From positions 1 through 64,000 of the forward strand of contig CAVYRH010000007.1 of assembly GCA_963770835.1 (NCBI GenBank): a stretch of 64,000 nucleotides of DNA, written 5' to 3'. Below, in pieces: positions 1 through 10,552 of the stretch. The stretch comes from an uncultured Pseudomonadota bacterium (GTDB lineage Bacteria; Oederibacteriota; Muellerivitia; Muellerivitales; Muellerivitaceae). How positions within the stretch are numbered: the stretch's first letter is position 1; the number at the start of each line of letters is the position of its first letter. The position numbers and the translations under genes were made by a program. Under the pieces are notes generated by a model that searched no databases, was not told the origin of the DNA, and saw nothing but the letters and a program-made list of their open reading frames with translations.

Positions 1-1
1 C

Positions 2-94
2 TCGGTCGATCTCGGCATCGGCGCCAGCTCCGTGGCCGGTACCTATTTCGCCGCCCTGCCCCTGCTCCGCGCCCTGCGCCGCCGCGTCCGGTAA
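2..94 (+). CDS. 3' end of a gene running in from the window edge (hydrophobic, possibly membrane protein)
   Basis: Frame reads SVDLGIGASSVAGTYFAALPLLRALRRRVR* with almost all third positions G/C; TAA at 92-94. Confidence 0.45.
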   Translation, partial: SVDLGIGASSVAGTYFAALPLLRALRRRVR

Positions 95-265
95 CCAGGT
101 TTCCGTCGTGGCACTTCCGGCTATCCGCGGGTGGCGGCCCGCGGTCCAGCTCGTCGCGAACTCCGCCATCGCCTTCTCCCACAGTGCTTTATTCATTGGG
201 CCTGACCGCTCAGTCTCCTGTGGTAGGAAGGGTCGGCAGACCGGCATACAGGAAGGAACCGGCCG

Positions 266-850
266 ATGACCGCACGGATCGAACAGGTATCGTCCGAAGG
301 GATCAACGCCTGGATCATCGGCGATGACGAGGAGGTCATCCATCATCGACCCGGGCCGCGACCCGGCGGGCGTGCTCGGCGCGGTCGGCGATCGCGAGGT
401 GCTCGCCGTGATCTGCACGCACGGTCACCCGGACCACGTGGCCGCCGCGCTGGAGGTGGCCGAGGGCGACGAGGCGCCGGTGGCGCTGCATCCCCGGGAC
501 CAGCTGTGGTGGCGGGACGCGTACCCGGAGGAGGACGCCGATATCGAGATGGCCGACGGCGGCGTCTTCGAGGTCGCTGACGTCCGGCTCGAGGTCATCC
601 ACGCCCCCGGTCACACGTCCGGCTCGGTCTGCCTGTACTGCGAGGACCTGGATGCCGTGTTCACCGGGCACACCCTGACCGCCGACGGCCCGGTGCCGCA
701 CGACGGCGAGTACCCCGACTTCGCCAGCCAGCTGACCGCGATCGGCGAGTACCTCCTGACCCTGCCCGGCAGCACCCGTGTCCTGCCGGGAGAGGGCGAG
801 GAGACCACGATCGCGGCCGCCAGAGAAGAACTTCGACGCGTGGGCGTCGG
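266..850 (+). pseudogene. MBL-fold metallo-hydrolase (glyoxalase II-like), frameshifted or sequence-error-ridden, 3' end lost
   Basis: RBS GGAAGGA then MTARIEQVSSEGINAWIIGDDEEVI; frame changes near 340 into IIDPG...THGHPDHV...HAPGHTSGS...VFTG. A second shift near 821 would give AAEKNFDAWASA. Confidence 0.75.
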
Positions 851-945
851 CGAGACCTTCATTTGGCGAGACCTAGTGGAGCAGCTGGGCTTCGAGGGGA
901 TACGGCGCCGGCTGTACCTGTGCACCCCGATGCCGGTCTTTCGGC

Positions 946-2932
946 AGGGCGAAACTACGCCACAGGCCTCCACGGGTTGCTGGTCGAAGGCGGCTTTCAA
1001 TCCGCCCCGCGCGTAAAACCCGTTGGAACCGATGGGGGCGAAAACGCCGCCCTCCGACCATTGGGCCGAAACCAGCCAGGAGAGCGATTCCAGGCCGGCC
1101 CCGATCATGGTCTTGTCCTCCATCCAGTTTCCCGAGACAATCAGCGCTTGGGAAAGCCGCGCGTTTTCATAAGTCGCCTGGTCCTCGAACCAGGGCCAGT
1201 CGCCGGTCCGCGTCCGTTGGTAAAGCCCCAGGAGGCGCTCGGCGATGGTCTTTCGCACCGACTGTACGCCGCGGTCGCCCTCGAAGGCGCGTAAATATTC
1301 GTCGATACCCAGGAGCGAGAAAGCCCAGGCGCGGGGGCTGGAAAAACCCTGGATGGTGGGCAGGGCCGCTTGCAGGAGGTCTTGGCTCAGGCTGGAACGC
1401 CCCGGATCCTGGGCCCTTCCCACCACACTCCCCAGCGCCCAAAGGGCCCGCCCGTGGCTTTCCTCCGAGCCGCAGCCCTCCACCCATTGCCGCGAGTAGG
1501 GCAGGAAATTCCGGAACCGTCCCTTTTCGGGGTCGAAAGCGTGGTTTACGAAGGCCAGGTATCGTGCCGACAGCGCACGCGATTCCCCCGTTGGAACGAT
1601 GCCCGCGTCCTCAATGAGGGTCATCAGGAGCAGGGCCCGTGCGTTGTCGTCCAGGCAATAGCCGTCCGCGTAGCGGGGAATGCTGAAAGCCGCGTGTTGC
1701 AACAAACCGGTTTCATCCGTCATCAGCCTCAGGTGGTCCAGTTTGATTTCGGGCCAATCGGCGGGCCGTTCGACGAGCGTCTTGGCCCGGAAGAGGGACT
1801 TGAGCCTGGAGGCGTGTTCGGTCTTGGCCTGTTCGAAGCTTTTTAAATAGCGGCGCCCTACAGCGGGCCAAAGCATCTCCTTGCCCAGGTCGGCGGCGCG
1901 CCGGCGCATGGCAAGCCTTTTCCCGTCGTCAGAGAGGAGATCATTCACGGCGGCAGCGATGGCGGAGGGATCCTTCCAGGGAACCAGGACGCCCCGCCCG
2001 TCGGCTAAGAGCTCCTCCGCGTGCCAATAGGGGGTCGAGATGACCGCCCGGCCCGACCCCATGGCGTAGGCCAGCGTACCCGAGGTGGTTTGCTCCTTAT
2101 TCAAATAAGGGGTGACGTAGATGTCGGCGGCGGAGAGGAATTCGGAGAGTTCCGCCTGGCTGACGAAGCGGTTGTGAAAAATGATGGCCGAATCCACGCC
2201 CAGCTTTTTGGCGCGGTTTTCCAGACCCAGCCGGTACATCTCGCCCTGATCGGCCTTGACGTGAGGGTGGGTTGCGCCCAGCACGATATAAACCGTGTCC
2301 TGATGCTTCTCTAGGATGGCCGGCAGGGCTTCGATGACGTTCTCGATCCCCTTGTCCGGCGAGAGGAGCCCGAAGGTGAGGAGCACCTTCTTGCCTTCGA
2401 CGCCCAAATGGTCTTTGGTGACGCAGTCGAAGGGCACAGCGGGAATGCCGTGGGGGATCAGGTCGATTTTTTCGCGGGGAACCCCATGGACCGCCTGGAG
2501 CGTGGCTGCGCCATGCGCCGTCATGACGACCAGGCGCTCGGAAAGGCGCGTGAGCTCGTCCATGACAGCACGCTGGTTCCCGTTGGGTTCGGTCAGGATG
2601 GTGTGAAGGGTGGTGACGATGGGCATCCGGAGCTCGCGCAAGAGGGCCAGCACGTGGGCCCCGGCCTTGCCGCCGAAGATTCCGTATTCGTGTTGGAGGC
2701 AAAGCACATCCACGGTGTTGACGTTCAGGAAATCCGCCGCGCGGCGGTAGGAGGACAGGTCGCTTTCCGCCAGCTCAAAACGGACACGGCCGGGATAGGG
2801 ATACCGATTGGGACCGTCGTTCATGGCCAAGACAAAGAGTTCCAAGTCCGGGGATTGGCCCTCGATGGAATCACTAAGGTCGGAAGTGAAAGTGGCGATG
2901 CCGCAAAGGCGGGGAAGATGGCTTCCCATCAT
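946..2932 (-). CDS. GT4 glycosyltransferase with C-terminal helical domain; C-terminus truncated at the junction near 945
   Basis: PRLCGIATF, LQHEYGIFGG, FGLLSPDKGIE, SGTLAYA and STPYWHAEELL (GT-B/GT4), then DGYCLDDNARAL and FDQQPVEA. Downstream of about 945 the ORF track continues only as antisense of the MBL gene. Confidence 0.85.
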
Positions 2933-3279
2933 GGCAATTTTACGGACGGTATTGGGAACGAGTGCGCTTTGGATGAGTCCTCCGACTGCGTGGGCGCGGC
3001 CAGTGGAGGAAACGCCAACAACGTTTCCACTCTAACATCTATTGAAGGGATTAGCGATAGGGGCCGAATCCATCAATGGATGAATTTCCAGCCAATTTCC
3101 CCTAAAAAGGCCTTGGCCAGGCTCCCAAAAGGAATAAACGGAGCCGGGTCAGAAAACGTGCTATAATGACCCATTCGGAACGGCCCGATTGGCTTGAAAA
3201 CCCCTTTGAAGGTTATTTTCACATCCTCCCTGTCCCGCACCGACTAGATAAAATTTGCCTTCTAAAAAAGGAGCGTTCT

Positions 3280-3558
3280 ATGGCTGTTGCCCCGTCGAAC
3301 ATCGAGGTTCAGGATTACATCGCCCAGCTTTTGAAGATATGGGAGAGGACTCCCTCCACCGAATCAGCGGTTTTAAACGACGAAAGGGTCGCCGCTCAAA
3401 TGCTTTGGGACGTCCAAAGGGTCGAGGCCGTCCGGCGCCATTGTTCCACCTTGGGATGGATTAGGTACCAGTACGAAGGGTCCAAGGACTACATCCTCAC
3501 CCCAGTGGGGATCAGTTCGGGCCGGGCTGCCAAGGAACAAAAGAGTCACGTCCTTTAA
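3280..3558 (+). CDS. Small hypothetical protein, possible winged-helix fold (92 aa)
   Basis: AAGGAG RBS before ATG 3280; C-terminal LGWIRY...YILTPVG resembles a wHTH wing. Confidence 0.55.
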   Translation: MAVAPSNIEVQDYIAQLLKIWERTPSTESAVLNDERVAAQMLWDVQRVEAVRRHCSTLGWIRYQYEGSKDYILTPVGISSGRAAKEQKSHVL

Positions 3559-3755
3559 TGCAATAACGTTAAAGGTTGAAACCGTCGTTGCGAGGCCCAA
3601 CCCCAAGGGACATGGCGCCATAAGCTTGCCGCAAACCGGATGGATACCTATATTTTTATACTTAATGATGAAATCGGCTCCGCTCCCCGTAATGACGGCA
3701 AGCGGAGAAGTTGGTGAAGTTAGTAAAGAAACAAAATCCAAAAGATGGAGCAAAC

Positions 3756-5567
3756 GTGAAGTCACAATCACCCAAAAACAAGTCGGACCATGCCCAAAAT
3801 ATCCTCAAGGTGGGGAAAGAAAAGGGCTACATCACCTTTAAGCAAGTGAACGATATCCTGCCGGATGAAGTCGTCTCCTCCGCCGAGATCGACGACATTC
3901 TCCTCATGCTGGGCGAGAACGACATCAAGATCGTGGATCAAGAGGAGAAGGCCGCCGACTTGCAGGAGGACGAGAAGGAAACCGAATCCGCCGGTTCCGG
4001 AGCCAGCACGAAGGAAGAGGACTCGGACGACGATAACGAGGAGTTCGGGAAAGCCCTGGACGCCGCCGGCGTCGAGACCCGCGTTGGGGACCCGGTGAAG
4101 ATGTACCTACACCAGATGGGACAAATTTCCCTTTTAACCCGCGCCGAGGAAATCGCCATCGCCAAGCGCATCGAGGCCGGGGAGTTCAAGGTGGACAAGG
4201 CCGTCCTGGGATCACTATTGGGGTTCCAGGAACTGCACAACCTCTTCAACGATATCCTCAAGAAAAAGAGGACCCTCCAGGAGACCCTCAACTTGGATGC
4301 CTACGCCGAGATGGACGCCATTCCGGAAGCCAAGATCCTGGCTAAATTACGGAAGAACCACTCCAAGCTCAAGGCCTTGGAGCGCCAGATCAAAGCCCTG
4401 CAGCATAAGGTGAGCCTCAAGTCCCTGGGGCAGGAGAAACGAAAAATCCAGGCCGAGCAATTGGACTCCAAGCTCATCGACCTTATCTGGCTAGTCAAGG
4501 ATTGCCAGTTCCATAAAAAAGTGAAGGAAGGCCTTACCGGGGCGCTGCGCGATCGGGGCGAGGCCATCGAGGAGCAGGAGCATGCCATGCACCTGCAGGA
4601 AAAGAGAATGAAGCTTCCCCCCGAGCTCTATATCAAGCTTCCCAGCCTCCTCAAGGACGGCGGACCCACCGGCGTCAAAAGCCTGGAGAAGAGAAGCGCC
4701 TTGAAGGGAGAGGAATTCGCCCAGGCCTGCCGCCACTGGGACGAGGCACGCCGTGAGATCAAAAGGATCGAAAAGGAAGCCATGGCCCGGCGGGAACACC
4801 TCAAGGGTTTGATGCGCGCCATCCGGGCGGGCGAGCGCGAGGCCTATACGGCCCGCATGGAACTGGTGGAGGCGAATTTGAGGCTGGTTATTTCCATCGC
4901 CAAGAAATACAACAACCGCGGCCTGCCGTTCCTGGACCTTATCCAGGAAGGCAATATCGGCCTCATGCGCGGCGTCGAGAAGTTCGAGTACCGCCGGGGT
5001 TACAAGTTTTCCACTTACGCAACCTGGTGGATCCGCCAGTCCATCACCCGCGCCATCGCGGACATGAGCCGGACAATCCGCATTCCCGTGCACATGCATG
5101 AGGTCATCAACAAGTCCATCCAGACCACCCGCGAACTCGTCCAGGAACTGGGGCACGAACCCTCGGCGGATGAGGTCGCCGAACGCCTGGAAATGCCCGT
5201 AGAAAAGGTCCGGGCCGTCCTCAAAATCGCCCAGAACCCGGTTTCGTTGGAAACCCCCTTGGGCGAGGAGAAGGACAGCCACCTAGGCGACTTCCTGGCG
5301 GATAAGGAAACCATCAGCCCGGAGGACGCGACGGCTTTTACGCTCCTCAAGGAGCGGATATCCAAGGTGCTGGGAACGCTCAAGGAAAGAGAAGCGGAGG
5401 TCCTGCGCCTGCGCTTCGGCCTGACGGACGGTACCCCCCATACCCTGGAAGAAGTGGGAAATGTTTATAAGGTGACCCGCGAGCGCGTGCGCCAGATCGA
5501 GGCCAAGGCCTTGAGAAAACTGATGCACCCTTCCCGCAGCCGTATGCTGAGGGATTACCTGAATTAG
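3756..5567 (+). CDS. rpoD: RNA polymerase primary sigma factor sigma-70
   Basis: Region 1.1 (GKEKGYITF), 1.2 (DPVKMYL), 2 ([36 protein letters not shown]) and 4 (TLEEVG...[10 protein letters not shown]). GGAG RBS before GTG 3756. Confidence 0.95.
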   Translation: MKSQSPKNKSDHAQNILKVGKEKGYITFKQVNDILPDEVVSSAEIDDILLMLGENDIKIVDQEEKAADLQEDEKETESAGSGASTKEEDSDDDNEEFGKALDAAGVETRVGDPVKMYLHQMGQISLLTRAEEIAIAKRIEAGEFKVDKAVLGSLLGFQELHNLFNDILKKKRTLQETLNLDAYAEMDAIPEAKILAKLRKNHSKLKALERQIKALQHKVSLKSLGQEKRKIQAEQLDSKLIDLIWLVKDCQFHKKVKEGLTGALRDRGEAIEEQEHAMHLQEKRMKLPPELYIKLPSLLKDGGPTGVKSLEKRSALKGEEFAQACRHWDEARREIKRIEKEAMARREHLKGLMRAIRAGEREAYTARMELVEANLRLVISIAKKYNNRGLPFLDLIQEGNIGLMRGVEKFEYRRGYKFSTYATWWIRQSITRAIADMSRTIRIPVHMHEVINKSIQTTRELVQELGHEPSADEVAERLEMPVEKVRAVLKIAQNPVSLETPLGEEKDSHLGDFLADKETISPEDATAFTLLKERISKVLGTLKEREAEVLRLRFGLTDGTPHTLEEVGNVYKVTRERVRQIEAKALRKLMHPSRSRMLRDYLN

Positions 5568-5580
5568 ACCAAAAGGGATA

Positions 5581-5609
5581 TTTCGGGCGACTTGTAGTCG
5601 CCCGAAAAA
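5581..5609. terminator. Hairpin after rpoD (terminator or REP-like palindrome)
   Basis: TTTCGGGCGAC-TTGTA-GTCGCCCGAAA perfect inverted repeat. Confidence 0.7.
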
Positions 5610-5804
5610 TTCACCAGGCCCCCGGCAACAACCTGTGATTAACCTTCTTCGGGCAAGCCGCATAGCCCTTGAGACTTTTCAACAGTGCCTTCTCCTCCTC
5701 AAAAATGCGATAACAAAACAGCAGGCTCAAAAAAGTGCCCAAGGCCAGCCCGGCTTTAGAGTTCAAAAGAGACTGCTTTGGAAAAACATGAACGAGGACC
5801 CCAA

Positions 5805-7361
5805 ATGAAACGATGGCAAAAGGCGGTTTTTGCGTTGGCGGTCTTGTCCATCACGCCCTTATTAGCGGCAGATCAAGTCATGACCGACAAAGGCGTTGTC
5901 GAAGGCAAGGCCAGCGCGGATTCCAAGATCCGGATATTCCTAGGCATCCCTTACGCCGCGTCGCCTGTTGGCGAACTGCGGTGGAAGGCCCCCCAGCCCG
6001 CCCAAGCCTGGACGGGGGTTTTGAAGGTTACGCAGTTCGGGCACCGTTCCATGCAGAAGCCCATGTGGGACGATATGATTTTCCGCGATCCCGGCCCTAG
6101 CGAGGACTGCCTGACGCTGAACGTCTGGACACCCGCGCAAAAGCCGGAAGAGAAACTTCCGGTTATGGTTTGGATTTACGGCGGGGGATTGGCCGCCGGG
6201 GGCACCTCCGAGCGGCGCCAGGACGGGGAAAACCTGGCCCACAAAGGTGTGGTGGTGGTCACCTTCAACTACCGCCTGGGGGTCTTCGGTTTCATGGCCC
6301 ATCCGGAACTGTCCACGGAATCGGGTGGATCTTCAGGCAATTACGGTTTCATGGACCAAGTGGCGGCCCTACAGTGGGTAAAGAGGAACATTGCGGTTTT
6401 CGGGGGCGATCCCGATAACGTGACTATCTTCGCGGAATCGGCGGGGTCTTTCTCCGTTTCCGCTCTCGTGGCAATTCCCATGGCCCAAGGCCTGTTTCAG
6501 CGCGCCATCGGCGAGAGCGGCGCCTTGTTCGGCGCCAAGCACGAACCGAAGCCGTTGGCGGAAGCGGAGGCCGACGGCGTCGAATTCGCCAAATCGCTGG
6601 GCGCTTCTTCCTTGAAGGACTTGCGGGCTAAATCGGCGGAAGAAGTGCTGAATGCCGCCTGGAAACCCGATCCTTTCCGTTTTGGCGCGGATGTGGATGG
6701 TGCTTTCCTGCCCCAGGGGCTGACGGCGATCTACGCTACTGGGAAACAAAGCCATGTCCCGCTTTTGGCCGGATGGAACGCCGACGAGGGGGGCTACCAG
6801 TGGTTCTTGAAAGACGAACTTCCAACGAAGGAAAATTTCGAAGAAATGGCGAAGAAACAATTCGGGGATAAGGCGGAGGCTTTCCTGAAGCTTTATTCGG
6901 CACAGACGGAGGAAGAAGTCAAAAGGGCCGCAGGAGATTTGGCGGGGGACCAATTTATCGCATTCTCCACCTGGAAATGGATCGAGGCTCACAGGGCTAC
7001 GTCTAAACAAAACATCTATCGTTACGAGTTCGACGATGCGTTACCTGCGGCGGAGGGCCAAAAGGAGTCGCGAGGCGCCTACCATTCCGCCGAAATCGAG
7101 TTTGTTTTCGGGAATTTGGCATCGAAGAAGCTTCCCTGGCGACCGGAGGATTGGAAATTGTCCGACCTGATGATGAACTATTGGAGTAACTTCGCCAAGA
7201 CGGGCGACCCCAACGGCCCTGGATTGCCGAATTGGCCGGCCTATCAGGCCAAGACCCATTATCAAGTGATGCACTTAAGCGCGGCCCCCCGTGCCGAGCC
7301 GGATAAGCACCGGGGCCGGTATGAATTCCTGAATAGGCTGGATGGTTCCAACTTGAAATAG
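5805..7361 (+). CDS. Secreted type-B carboxylesterase (para-nitrobenzyl esterase-like)
   Basis: Signal peptide; FLGIPYA, SEDCLTLNVW, VMVWIYGGG, NYRLG, FAESAG nucleophile elbow, AYHSAEI, NFAKTGDPN. Confidence 0.9.
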   Translation: MKRWQKAVFALAVLSITPLLAADQVMTDKGVVEGKASADSKIRIFLGIPYAASPVGELRWKAPQPAQAWTGVLKVTQFGHRSMQKPMWDDMIFRDPGPSEDCLTLNVWTPAQKPEEKLPVMVWIYGGGLAAGGTSERRQDGENLAHKGVVVVTFNYRLGVFGFMAHPELSTESGGSSGNYGFMDQVAALQWVKRNIAVFGGDPDNVTIFAESAGSFSVSALVAIPMAQGLFQRAIGESGALFGAKHEPKPLAEAEADGVEFAKSLGASSLKDLRAKSAEEVLNAAWKPDPFRFGADVDGAFLPQGLTAIYATGKQSHVPLLAGWNADEGGYQWFLKDELPTKENFEEMAKKQFGDKAEAFLKLYSAQTEEEVKRAAGDLAGDQFIAFSTWKWIEAHRATSKQNIYRYEFDDALPAAEGQKESRGAYHSAEIEFVFGNLASKKLPWRPEDWKLSDLMMNYWSNFAKTGDPNGPGLPNWPAYQAKTHYQVMHLSAAPRAEPDKHRGRYEFLNRLDGSNLK

Positions 7362-7385
7362 ACCAGCAGGCGAAAGGGACAAACA

Positions 7386-8054
7386 ATGAAAGTCATTCTT
7401 TTCGGTGCCAGCGGAATGGTAGGGCAGGGCGTCCTCCTGGAATGCCTGAAGGACTCGACGGTCACGGCGGTTTTTTGCCTCGGCCGCGGTTCCACCGGGC
7501 AAACCGACCCCAAACTCCACGAAGTCATCCACAAAGATTTCACGGACTTCTCAAGCCTGGAGTCTCAATGGAAAGGTTACGACGCCTGTTTCTTCTGTTT
7601 GGGGGTCTCTTCGGCGGGCATGAGTGAGAAGGACTACAACCACATCACCTATGATTTCACCCTTTCGGCGGCTACCCCCCTGTCCCGCCTGAACCCTCAA
7701 ATGACCTTCATCTACGTGTCCGGGGCGGGGACGGACAGTACGGAAAAGGGGCGCGTCATGTGGGCGAGGGTGAAGGGAGTGACTGAAAACGCGATTCTCA
7801 AACTGCCGTTCAAAGCGGCCTATATGTTCCGGCCCGGCGCCATCCAGCCGATGGACGGGATCAAATCCAAGACCCGGATGTACAACGTCCTCTTGGTCCT
7901 CTTCGGGTGGCTTTTTCCGATTTTAAGGAAGCTTTTCCCGAGGCACGTGACGACGACGAGGATCTTGGGACGGGCCATGATCAAAGCTGCCCGCGACGGT
8001 GCGCCTAATAAATGGATTGAAAGTTGGGATATCAACGAACTAGGCCGCGAATAA
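7386..8054 (+). CDS. NAD(P)-binding Rossmann protein (atypical SDR/epimerase-like)
   Basis: VILFGASGMVGQG, FFCLG, YVSGAG, WARVKG, FRPG. Confidence 0.88.
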   Translation: MKVILFGASGMVGQGVLLECLKDSTVTAVFCLGRGSTGQTDPKLHEVIHKDFTDFSSLESQWKGYDACFFCLGVSSAGMSEKDYNHITYDFTLSAATPLSRLNPQMTFIYVSGAGTDSTEKGRVMWARVKGVTENAILKLPFKAAYMFRPGAIQPMDGIKSKTRMYNVLLVLFGWLFPILRKLFPRHVTTTRILGRAMIKAARDGAPNKWIESWDINELGRE

Positions 8055-8073
8055 ACCGGCCGGTTGAGGAAGG

Positions 8074-8244
8074 TCAGGCCTTGATATCGATCTGGGTGCC
8101 AAGGTTGGCGACGGGAAGGTTGTCGTCCTTGGTCATGGCAATAAGTTGGTCGATCTCACTGCCGAAAGAAGCGAAGGCCCGTCCAGCGATGGAGGACAGT
8201 TCCTTGGAGGGCAAAGAAGACTGGATGTTTGAGATTGATTCCAT
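8074..8244 (-). CDS. YjfB-like small protein (56 aa), absent from the ORF track
   Basis: Manual translation MESISNIQSSLPSKELSSIAGRAFASFGSEIDQLIAMTKDDNLPVANLGTQIDIKA*; C-terminal LGxxIDIxA motif. Confidence 0.65.
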   Translation of the reverse strand: MESISNIQSSLPSKELSSIAGRAFASFGSEIDQLIAMTKDDNLPVANLGTQIDIKA

Positions 8245-8251
8245 GTCATTT

Positions 8252-8278
8252 CTAACGGACGTAAATCCGAAACCTTTA
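8252..8278 (-). promoter_or_regulatory. Candidate sigma-28 (FliA/SigD)-type promoter
   Basis: Minus strand TAAA-N15-TCCGTTAG versus consensus TAAA-N15-GCCGATAA; ends 7 nt before ATG 8244. Confidence 0.5.
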
Positions 8279-8366
8279 GCCGAATACGAGGTAAAAATCT
8301 TTCAAAAGCCTCCCACTATGATTCGGCGGGTTGGTTTTCTTGATGGCGCCGAATTAGACTAGATCC

Positions 8367-10310
8367 ATGCGAAAATCGATCCCCCTTGTTTTGGCGATAT
8401 TCTTCATCACCGCAGCAGCCCTGGCCCAAACCTTCTATGTTTCACCCCAAGGCAACGACGCCTGGAGTGGAGCCCTGCCCCAGCCCAATGCCTCCCAAAC
8501 CGACGGGTCCTTTGCTTCTCCCGGCCGTGCATTACAAGCTAGCCGGGATTGGAAAAAAGACAACCCGGACCAACCCGCCCGCATTCTTTTTCGGGAAGGT
8601 AACTACTTCCTGGATTCCACCCTGGATCTTTTTGGAGTGGATTCGGGGTTGACCATCGCTGCTTATCCCAACGAAAAGCCGGTTCTTTCGGGCGGGCGCC
8701 GCATCGCGGGCTGGGAAAAGGCGGGGGGCAAGCTTTGGGAAGCGCCTGTTCCTGAAACCCAAACCGGGACCTGGGACTTCCGGGTTTTGACCGTCAACGG
8801 GCAATGGCGGCCCCGGGCCCGGCTGCCGGAGACGGGGTATTTCACCCACTTGAGCCGTTTCGACACGCGGTGGATGAGCACCACGGGCGGCGGATGGCAG
8901 GTGCAACCCACCCAGGAGCAAATGACCCATCTTCAATACGATCCCGCCGACCTGGGGGCCTGGCTAAACCTCGACAACGCGGAAGTCACGGTTTATCACA
9001 TGTGGGACATGTCTCTGATGAAGCCCGTGGCCAACGACAGGAGTACTCACACCCTAGCTTTTGCCTATCCGGGCGAACACCCCCCGGGCGCTTTCGGCAT
9101 CACGAACTACGTCGTGTGGAACGACAAGGAGGGGCTGAAGGAGCCTGGTCAATGGTACCTGGACCGCAACTTGGGCAAGTTAGTTTATTGGCCTCTGGCA
9201 GGGGAGGACATGGCGAAAGTCCAGGTGTTGGCGCCCGATACGGAAAACTTGATCCGCATTTCGGGTTACAAGGACATGCCGGTCAGCAATATTACCGTGG
9301 AAGGCCTTTCCCTCACGCTCGCCAATGCGTTACTGGTCAAGGGTGGGTTTGGTTCCCTGGATGTGGAGGGTGCCATCAATCTCACGAATACCCGCGACTG
9401 CCACTTTACAGGCCTGCGTTTTTTCAACTTGGCAGGATGGGGGATCCAGGCCCAGAATTCGGATGGCTTGGCGGTGAAAGATTGCGTCGTTTCCGAAACC
9501 GGTGCGGGAGGCGTGCGGGCCGAAGGGACTGGAATTGTCCTTTCCGGGAACCTCGTGGAAAAAGTGGGGCGGGTTTATCCTAGTGCTTTGGGACTTTACG
9601 TGGGTGGGGGTAAGAGGGCCCAAATCCTCCACAATACCGTCCGAAACTGCCCCTACGGCGGCATCCTCAATATGGCGGGCGGCAGTCTGATTGAGAAAAA
9701 CCGGATCGACAGTGTGATGCAAGAGCTCCACGACGGGGGCGCCATTTATTCCGGCTTCTGTCAGGGCGTCACGATCCGGGGTAATTGGGCCTCCAATATT
9801 ACCAACATGGGCGGCTACGGCTCTTCGGCCTATTACCTGGACGAGCAATCGGCCGATTGCCTGGTGGAGGAAAATCTGTCGGTGAACGTCACACGACCCT
9901 CCCAAAACCATATGGCTCACGATAATGTACTGCGTGGGAATATTTTCATTATGAATGGCGACGGCCAAATGGACTTCGCCCGTTGCAAGGATTATTCCTT
10001 GGAAAGAAACGTGGTCTCCGCCGAGGGGAAATTCACTTTTTCTGCGCCGACGGAAGGTATTACCTCCATGCCGGATAACCTCATTTACAGCGCCAAAGGG
10101 GAAGTCGATTTGAAGACCCTTGTGGAATACAATCCCCAAAGCGAGGCGTCGCTGGACTCCCGCGATGGGACCCTTTTCGGTGATCCCCATTTGGGGAACA
10201 AGGAACCTGGTGTTTACGGCTTCAACGCCGATTCCCCGGCCTTGAAACTGGGAATCAAACCCCTCGATGTTTCCAACGCTGGAAGTCTTTTGAATAGCCC
10301 TGGATTTTGA
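8367..10310 (+). CDS. Secreted right-handed parallel beta-helix protein (putative carbohydrate-active enzyme)
   Basis: Signal peptide, FYVSPQGNDAWSG, PVLSGG, RARLP, EPGQWYLD, HDGGAIY, YYLDEQS. Confidence 0.85.
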   Translation: MRKSIPLVLAIFFITAAALAQTFYVSPQGNDAWSGALPQPNASQTDGSFASPGRALQASRDWKKDNPDQPARILFREGNYFLDSTLDLFGVDSGLTIAAYPNEKPVLSGGRRIAGWEKAGGKLWEAPVPETQTGTWDFRVLTVNGQWRPRARLPETGYFTHLSRFDTRWMSTTGGGWQVQPTQEQMTHLQYDPADLGAWLNLDNAEVTVYHMWDMSLMKPVANDRSTHTLAFAYPGEHPPGAFGITNYVVWNDKEGLKEPGQWYLDRNLGKLVYWPLAGEDMAKVQVLAPDTENLIRISGYKDMPVSNITVEGLSLTLANALLVKGGFGSLDVEGAINLTNTRDCHFTGLRFFNLAGWGIQAQNSDGLAVKDCVVSETGAGGVRAEGTGIVLSGNLVEKVGRVYPSALGLYVGGGKRAQILHNTVRNCPYGGILNMAGGSLIEKNRIDSVMQELHDGGAIYSGFCQGVTIRGNWASNITNMGGYGSSAYYLDEQSADCLVEENLSVNVTRPSQNHMAHDNVLRGNIFIMNGDGQMDFARCKDYSLERNVVSAEGKFTFSAPTEGITSMPDNLIYSAKGEVDLKTLVEYNPQSEASLDSRDGTLFGDPHLGNKEPGVYGFNADSPALKLGIKPLDVSNAGSLLNSPGF

Positions 10311-10552
10311 GCGTTTTTAGAGTTAAAACCAACCTGAAGGATTTTTTCAAAAATTTTTAGTCAGGCGTAACTTCATTAACGTTGAAGCCCTATTTGTGTT
10401 GGCGATAACCTGCCGTTAAAGTGATTCTAATGGGTAAAAGGGCAGGGAAGGGCCGGAAATGTTAGGGTCCTGTCCAAATTTACACACGAGTGATTTAAAA
10501 AGCCGCTTTCCGGTGTATACTTTCCAGCAGAATTTAAAAAGGCTGAAACCTT

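Noticed and set aside
611..945. C-terminal ~110 aa of the 773-aa ORF
   Set aside because: It is antisense read-through across the junction and the MBL gene; Ser/Arg-rich and not GT4-family-like.
10399..10413. TGGCGATAACCTGC as a sigma-54 promoter
   Set aside because: GG-to-GC spacing is one base short of the strict -24/-12 requirement.
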